Source: Verrucomicrobiota bacterium (GTDB taxonomy: Bacteria > Verrucomicrobiota > Verrucomicrobiia > Verrucomicrobiales > DEV007). From it: DNA of 45,181 bases. A program made the translations under genes and the position numbers. The notes under the pieces are model-generated. The model made no database searches and was not told the origin of the DNA. It worked only from the letters and a program-made list of their open reading frames with translations. The stretch lies in assembly GCA_045046875.1 (NCBI GenBank), contig JASFYY010000063.1, forward strand, positions 1 through 45,181, given 5' to 3'. Shown in pieces: positions 36,560 through 45,181 of the stretch (position 1 is the stretch's first letter; every line of letters begins with the position of its first letter).

Positions 36560-37015
36560 TTAGTTATTCGTTATATCTGCGATAGTGACGTTATGAATTT
36601 CAACTTTGGCGAGAGCATTGAGGACATCGATGAAGCGTTGGCTGGGGACGTTGTCATCAGCATTGACAATAATCAGCGGCTGGGTGCGCATTAAGTCTGA
36701 GGCTATTTTGTATTGGGTGAGTTTGTCATTTAACAAAGGAAGGTCTCTGCGGTCATTGTCGATATCCAATATGCTTTTTTCCCAAGAGATGCTGCCGTCG
36801 CTTTGAATAGCAATATGGACTTCATCGATTGGTGTGGGCTCGCCTGGTAAAGCGTTGGGTGTCGGTAAGGACATTCCTAAGTCGGTTTCCTTGGGGTCGA
36901 GGGTTGAGGTGATGAGGAAGAAAATCAACAGCAGGAAGCTGACGTCGATCATGGATGACATGTCCAATTTTGGGTCATTGTCGGCGGCGGGGAGGGGTTT
37001 GCGTTTGGTGCTCAT
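36560..37015 (-). CDS. ExbD/TolR-family biopolymer transport protein
   Basis: MSSMIDVSFLLLIFFLITS TM motif; IVNADD...FIDVLNAL. Confidence 0.9.
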   Translation of the reverse strand: MSTKRKPLPAADNDPKLDMSSMIDVSFLLLIFFLITSTLDPKETDLGMSLPTPNALPGEPTPIDEVHIAIQSDGSISWEKSILDIDNDRRDLPLLNDKLTQYKIASDLMRTQPLIIVNADDNVPSQRFIDVLNALAKVEIHNVTIADITNN

Positions 37016-37159
37016 GGGAAACTATAGAGTTAAGATGGGTTGGGTTGAACCGTTGTATTTGATTAAATATTATCAATTTGACCGGTGTTTGGCGAGAAAA
37101 ATCGTAAGAACCCTTGCAGGTCGGAGGATGCCGTAGTGATGTGTAGGCTTGTGAATGAG

Positions 37160-38050
37160 ATGAACAAAGCGGAAAGACCTGAAAACAGCCCTTGGCTGAG
37201 GGATTTGCAATGGGTGATCAATAGCCCGTTTTTGATGAATTCGGGGGGGGGTGGGGGCGAGGAGCTCCCTGTATTCGGTCATGGGATGGAGCGGGAGCTC
37301 AAGCGTCAGGAGGCGGAGGTATTGCTTGGGCAATATGCAGGACGTCGGGTGGGATATTATTTTGAAAGTCTGGTGCATTATTGGCTGAAGGCCATGCGCA
37401 AAGTGGAGATCCTGGCTCAGGGGCATCAGATCGTGGAGAATGGAAGGACGCTGGGTGAATTGGATTTTGTTTTTCGGGATGAACAGGGGGTGCTGACTCA
37501 TTGGGAGGTGGCGGTCAAGTTTTACCTTTATTGTTCAGAGATTGAAGTGAAAGGCAGTCACTACATCGGGCCTAATGCCGGAGATACGTTTGAGCTGAAA
37601 CGGGATAAGGTTTTTGCCAGGCAATTACCCTTGAGTGAAAAATTGTTCCCCGAACTGGAAGTTCGCCAGGCTTTTGTGAAAGGGCGGATTTTTTATCATC
37701 CCCAGACCGTGGTTGCAGATGAACGGCCTCTGGGTTTGATGGCTGGACATTTGCGGGGCACTTGGATCAGGAGTTCGGAATTGTCATGGCTGGAGAGCGG
37801 GGCGGAAGCTGGAAAAGCAGCCTATCATTTGATTGAGAAACCTCATTGGCTGGCTGATTTTTGTGAGAGTAACTATGAAAATTCGCTGCTGGATTTTCAA
37901 ACAATTAAAGAGCATTTACAGACCCATTTCTCACAACAGAAGCAGCCGGTTTTGATCAGTGTGTTGACGCAGCGGGACGATAGCTGGCAAGAGTGCGAAC
38001 GTGTGTTTGTGGTGGCGGATGACTGGCCTGCCATACGAAGCGAGAACTGA
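37160..38050 (+). CDS. DUF1853-like protein (PD-(D/E)XK-like motifs)
   Basis: RDLQW, RRVGYYFE, TLGELDF, HWEVAVKFYL, GPN..D; start uncertain (37085-37160). Confidence 0.75.
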   Translation: MNKAERPENSPWLRDLQWVINSPFLMNSGGGGGEELPVFGHGMERELKRQEAEVLLGQYAGRRVGYYFESLVHYWLKAMRKVEILAQGHQIVENGRTLGELDFVFRDEQGVLTHWEVAVKFYLYCSEIEVKGSHYIGPNAGDTFELKRDKVFARQLPLSEKLFPELEVRQAFVKGRIFYHPQTVVADERPLGLMAGHLRGTWIRSSELSWLESGAEAGKAAYHLIEKPHWLADFCESNYENSLLDFQTIKEHLQTHFSQQKQPVLISVLTQRDDSWQECERVFVVADDWPAIRSEN

Positions 38051-38072
38051 GCAGGGTGCCCGGTGATGGCAA

Positions 38073-39497
38073 TTACGCAAGGATGTCGCGGATTACTTTT
38101 CCGTGCACATCAGTTAGTCTGAAGTCACGTCCGGCGTAACGGTAGGTCAAACGTTCGTGGTCGAGGCCAAGCAGGTGCAGCATGGTGGCGTGCAGGTCAT
38201 GCACGCTGACCGGGTTTTCAACGGCTTTGAACCCAAATTCGTCGGTGGCTCCGTAAGTGGTTCCACCTTTGATGCCGCCGCCGGCCATCCACACACTGAA
38301 GCCGTAATGATTGTGATCACGGCCGAGTTTGGATTTGCCTCCGGCGAGTTCGACGGTCGGAGTGCGGCCGAATTCGCCGCCCCACAGGACGAGCGTATCT
38401 TCCAGCATACCGCGTTGTTTGAGGTCGGTCAGCAGAGCGGCGATAGGTTGATCAATCTGCGCTGCATTTTTTCGATGAGTGATTTCGATTTTTTCGTGAT
38501 TGTCCCAGGGCTGCCCTGCGCCGTGCCAGAGTTGCACATAACGCACACCTCGCTCAAGCAGGCGTCGCGCGATGAGGGTCTGGCGTCCGTGCACTTCGGA
38601 GCCGTAGGCTTCGCGGATGTGTTTGGGTTCACGTGATATATCAAAAGCATCACTGGCTTCGGTCTGCATGCGGTAGGCGAGTTCGTAGGATTGGATGCGG
38701 GCATTCAGGCGATCGTCGAGACGTGTGGTCTGGTGGCGTTGGTTCCAGCGCTCGAGCAGATTAAGCTGGCGACGTTGTGCGGCATCCGTCAGTTGTGGGT
38801 GGTCAATGTTTTCGATCAAACGACTGATCTCCTGCTGTTGGGAATCAATATAAGTCCCTTGATAAGCGCCGGGCAGGAAAGAGGACTGCCAGTTTTCGTT
38901 GCCTTTGATCGGTAGGCCGCCGGGGCACATGGAAATGAAGCCCGGCAGGTTTTCGTTTTCGCTGCCCAGTCCGTAAGTGGTCCAGGCTCCCATGCTGGGG
39001 CGTGCCTGCACCGAGTCGCCGCAATTCATCAGCATGAGGGAGGGTTCGTGATTAGGAACCTGGGCCTGCATCGAGCGAATGACGGCGATGTCGTCCGCGT
39101 GTTGTGCGGTCTTGGAAAAGAGCTCACTGATTTCGAGACCAGATTCCCCATAACGGTCGAAGCTGAAAGGTGAGGGGAAAGCGGCTCCGGTTTTGCGTTC
39201 GGTGGTCAGATTGGTGTCCAGGATTTTACCGGCATACTTAGCTAGTGCGGGTTTGTGATCGAAGGTGTCAACATGGGAGGGGCCGCCGTTGAGGAAAAAA
39301 TGGATCACCCGTTTGGCGCGCGGGGCGAAGTGGGAAGGGTGTGAAGCGAGAGGTCCGGCGCTTGATTTTCCAGTAGCGGCGAGCAGGCCATTGCCGTGCA
39401 TGAGATCGGATAGCCCGAGCGCGCCGAGTCCGAGTGCGGAGTTTTGTAGCAAGGACCGGCGACTGAGTATGTCTGAAAAGTCAGGTTGTTTTTTCAT
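38073..39497 (-). CDS. DUF1501-family protein with Tat-like signal
   Basis: SRRSLL, AKRVIHFFLNGGPSHVDTFD, ARRLLERGVR, WDNH, GEFGRTP, GRDH, DLHAT. Confidence 0.9.
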   Translation of the reverse strand: MKKQPDFSDILSRRSLLQNSALGLGALGLSDLMHGNGLLAATGKSSAGPLASHPSHFAPRAKRVIHFFLNGGPSHVDTFDHKPALAKYAGKILDTNLTTERKTGAAFPSPFSFDRYGESGLEISELFSKTAQHADDIAVIRSMQAQVPNHEPSLMLMNCGDSVQARPSMGAWTTYGLGSENENLPGFISMCPGGLPIKGNENWQSSFLPGAYQGTYIDSQQQEISRLIENIDHPQLTDAAQRRQLNLLERWNQRHQTTRLDDRLNARIQSYELAYRMQTEASDAFDISREPKHIREAYGSEVHGRQTLIARRLLERGVRYVQLWHGAGQPWDNHEKIEITHRKNAAQIDQPIAALLTDLKQRGMLEDTLVLWGGEFGRTPTVELAGGKSKLGRDHNHYGFSVWMAGGGIKGGTTYGATDEFGFKAVENPVSVHDLHATMLHLLGLDHERLTYRYAGRDFRLTDVHGKVIRDILA

Positions 39498-39523
39498 CTG
39501 ATCTAAAAAAGAGGGGGATAGCT

Positions 39524-42835
<3,312 letters not shown>

Positions 42836-42958
42836 GGGGTAATAAGGCAGGGCATCTGTTCGTTGACAATCTGTTCAGGCTTTTCTTTACTATTGTTTCC
42901 TTGCACTTTTCATCAGAGGTCCCTTGTTCTTTTACTGAAAAACCTTGTTTATTGGCTA

Positions 42959-43798
42959 ATGAAACCTGACAATTTAGAAAATTATGGCCTTTCTGTATTT
43001 AGTTGGGATGTTGAATTGAATGTGGGGCGAGACCTCATGCACTATCATCCTGAGATCGAAATCATGATTTTGGAGCATGCGGGGGTTCGGTTGAGGTATG
43101 GTGATGAGGTTCATGAAATTGAGCCCGATCATTTAGTTCTTTTTTGGGGAATGCGGGAGCATCAGGTGGTAGTTGCCGAATCGGGGGCAATTTCCCATGG
43201 GTTCAGATTGCCGATTGCCTGGGTGTTGCCATGGAATCTTCCGCGTCCGTTTTTCAACGATTTGTTACGAGGAAAGATGATGGTTTGCGAAGTTCGTAGC
43301 GAGCCTTGTTCGGATATTGACTTGATCAAGTCCTGGAAAAATCTACTGGAAGGGGGCTTGCTGGAAAAAGAAGCGATATTGTTACAAGTGCAGGCTCGTG
43401 TCCTCCAGGTTGTAGCTGAATTTTCTAAAAATAAAAGTAATGGGAATAAGCAGCGTAACTTGCCTGCTTCAGCAATTGCTCGTTTTGAAAAGTTGACCCG
43501 GACGATCACAGAAAATTATATGCGTCCAATTCACGGAGCTGAAATCGCAGCAAGTGCGGGTATGCATCATTCATCGGCCATGCGCCTTTTCCGTCAGGTG
43601 TCCGGTTTGAGTATTCACGAATTCATGACGTCGCTTCGTGTCGAGCATGCCAAGCAGCTGTTGTTGACCAGTGATCTTACCATGGAAGGGATTGCCAGTC
43701 AGAGTGGTTTTGGTTCACCTCCACGGCTGTACGCCGCTTTTAGTAAATTCAGCAAACAGACGCCCGGAAATTATCGCAGTACGATGGCGAAGATTTGA
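42959..43798 (+). CDS. AraC-family transcriptional regulator (cupin + HTH, MelR-like)
   Basis: HYHPEIE, LFWG..EH, C-terminal RVEHAKQLL...IASQSGF...F.K...TPGNYR; start at ATG 42959. Confidence 0.88.
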   Translation: MKPDNLENYGLSVFSWDVELNVGRDLMHYHPEIEIMILEHAGVRLRYGDEVHEIEPDHLVLFWGMREHQVVVAESGAISHGFRLPIAWVLPWNLPRPFFNDLLRGKMMVCEVRSEPCSDIDLIKSWKNLLEGGLLEKEAILLQVQARVLQVVAEFSKNKSNGNKQRNLPASAIARFEKLTRTITENYMRPIHGAEIAASAGMHHSSAMRLFRQVSGLSIHEFMTSLRVEHAKQLLLTSDLTMEGIASQSGFGSPPRLYAAFSKFSKQTPGNYRSTMAKI

Positions 43799-43927
43799 TA
43801 AATATTGAGTCTTTCAATTAAGCGGCGGAATTAATGTGTGAATCAAGGGGTAGAAGATGTGAGCTGATTGCCAGGGGCAGAAAAATTGTTAGCTTGATTA
43901 AATAATACCTTATGACTAGAGGTAGCT

Positions 43928-44815
43928 ATGAAAAATATTCTCCTAAGCTCATTAATTTGTATTATCAGCCTCAGCTCAAGTTTTTTGCATGCCGATGAAA
44001 AGGCTGATCAGCAGAAACAGCTCGATGCTATTCTGGCAAAGATCAAATATCAGGACGGCACGATCGCCATAGGTGAAGGTTTGGCTACGATTAATTTGCC
44101 GTCAGCGTATCGCTATGTCGATGGGGCTGGTACGGAAATCGTTCTTAACCAGCTATGGGGCAATCCGCCTTCTGATGCACAGCCGTTGGGGATGATTGTG
44201 GCGGCTGGTTTTGACCCTTTATCCGATGAGGCCTGGTGCGTGGTGATCGATTATGAAGAAGATGGTTATGTTACGGATGACGATGCGGAGAGCATTGATT
44301 ATTCCAAGCTGTTGAAAGACATGCAGGCAGGGATCAAAGAGGCCAGTAAAGAAAGAGTGAAAGAAGGGTACCCGGCAATTGATTTGGTGGGTTGGGCCAG
44401 CCCTCCGCATTACGATAAAGAGACTCACAAAATGTACTGGGCCAAGGAGATCAAGTTTGGCGAAGAAGGCGAAATGAATACTTTGAACTACAACTTACGC
44501 TTGTTGGGGCGTCACGGGGTGATGGTGCTCAATGCTATTGCGAGCATGCCCCAATTGGATGAAATCGAGCAGGCTACGCCAGAGATTCTCGCTATGATTG
44601 ATTTTGACGAAGGCAAACGCTACGCCGATTATTCGCCAGGGGTGGATAAAGTGGCGGGTTATGGTCTGGCTGCTCTGGTTGCGGGTGGCGTGGCGGCTAA
44701 AACAGGATTGCTGAAAGGTCTGTTGTTGGGTTTGCTGGCGATGAAGAAATTTTTGATTGTGGGTGTCATCGCGGTGGTCGCTTTTTTGAAGAAAATGTTT
44801 TCACGATCGGAGTAA
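43928..44815 (+). CDS. DUF2167-family membrane-anchored protein
   Basis: WGNPP, GYVTDDDA, GWASPPHYD, LNYNLRLLGRHG, YADY...DKVAGYGLAALVAGG. Confidence 0.85.
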   Translation: MKNILLSSLICIISLSSSFLHADEKADQQKQLDAILAKIKYQDGTIAIGEGLATINLPSAYRYVDGAGTEIVLNQLWGNPPSDAQPLGMIVAAGFDPLSDEAWCVVIDYEEDGYVTDDDAESIDYSKLLKDMQAGIKEASKERVKEGYPAIDLVGWASPPHYDKETHKMYWAKEIKFGEEGEMNTLNYNLRLLGRHGVMVLNAIASMPQLDEIEQATPEILAMIDFDEGKRYADYSPGVDKVAGYGLAALVAGGVAAKTGLLKGLLLGLLAMKKFLIVGVIAVVAFLKKMFSRSE

Positions 44816-44879
44816 AACAAATGGGTGTGTTATGTGTAGAGGGAATTTGATGATGGCACTGGTTTGAAGTAAGTTCACT

Positions 44880-45181
44880 ATGACTATGAAAAATCGCATA
44901 GGTCTCGTCGTTATCTTATGGAGCATTGTTTGTTTGCTCCCACTAAGGGGGCAGGAAGTTATTTATCACTCATTGCCGGGTGAAAATTCCTTGCCAGCGG
45001 CTCATGCGGTGAAAGTCAAAAGGGGAGGTCTGGTTCATACGCGCTTGTTTTCTGCTCTCGACACGGATGATGGCAATTACGATGGCGAGATCGCTGATTT
45101 GATTGGGCAACTTGCGGGCATTGCCCGTGCGTATGACACGGATTTGAAGTCTGTGGTTAAGTTGAATTTGTATTTGGGCAA
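44880..45181 (+). CDS. Partial ORF: signal peptide followed by probable RidA/YjgF-like domain
   Basis: Own translation MTMKNRIGLVVILWSIVCLLPLRG...HAVKVKRGGLVHT...DLKSVVKLNLYLG, open to the window end; absent from the ORF track. Confidence 0.6.
   Translation, partial: MTMKNRIGLVVILWSIVCLLPLRGQEVIYHSLPGENSLPAAHAVKVKRGGLVHTRLFSALDTDDGNYDGEIADLIGQLAGIARAYDTDLKSVVKLNLYLG

Noticed and set aside
36560..37015. exbD without adjacent exbB/tonB as a novel system
   Set aside because: Dispersed ExbD paralogues are common in PVC genomes; nothing else here supports novelty.

Overview
45 kb of bacterial chromosome, most likely Verrucomicrobiota/PVC. That assignment is inferred from the DUF1501 plus planctomycete-cytochrome/PSD1 gene pair, the PQQ-like beta-propellers and the long RAYT-type transposases. 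Housekeeping genes (gluQ, galU, purB, cysS, hemB, engB) are interspersed with accessory modules. The most notable items are: (1) a three-gene signalling operon in which one dCache hybrid histidine kinase is flanked by two near-identical receiver domains, one fused to a class III adenylate cyclase and one to a Schlafen/AlbA_2 domain that keeps the RNase-type ExxxxEFK...GVDD residues, with a cNMP-binding PP2C phosphatase 2.6 kb downstream; (2) a lidless Hsp70 followed by a small J-domain-like protein with HPD replaced by HNE, next to an FHA protein built from 107-aa coiled-coil repeats; (3) a plant-type glucuronokinase in an operon with a GalU-family uridylyltransferase; (4) several kinds of small palindromic or repeat elements, including two nested units inserted in-frame into a tyrosine transposase and a REPIN-like element sitting where the toxin of an orphan HicB-like antitoxin would be expected. 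No rRNA, tRNA or CRISPR array was recognised. All family calls come from motifs recognised by eye, not from database searches.
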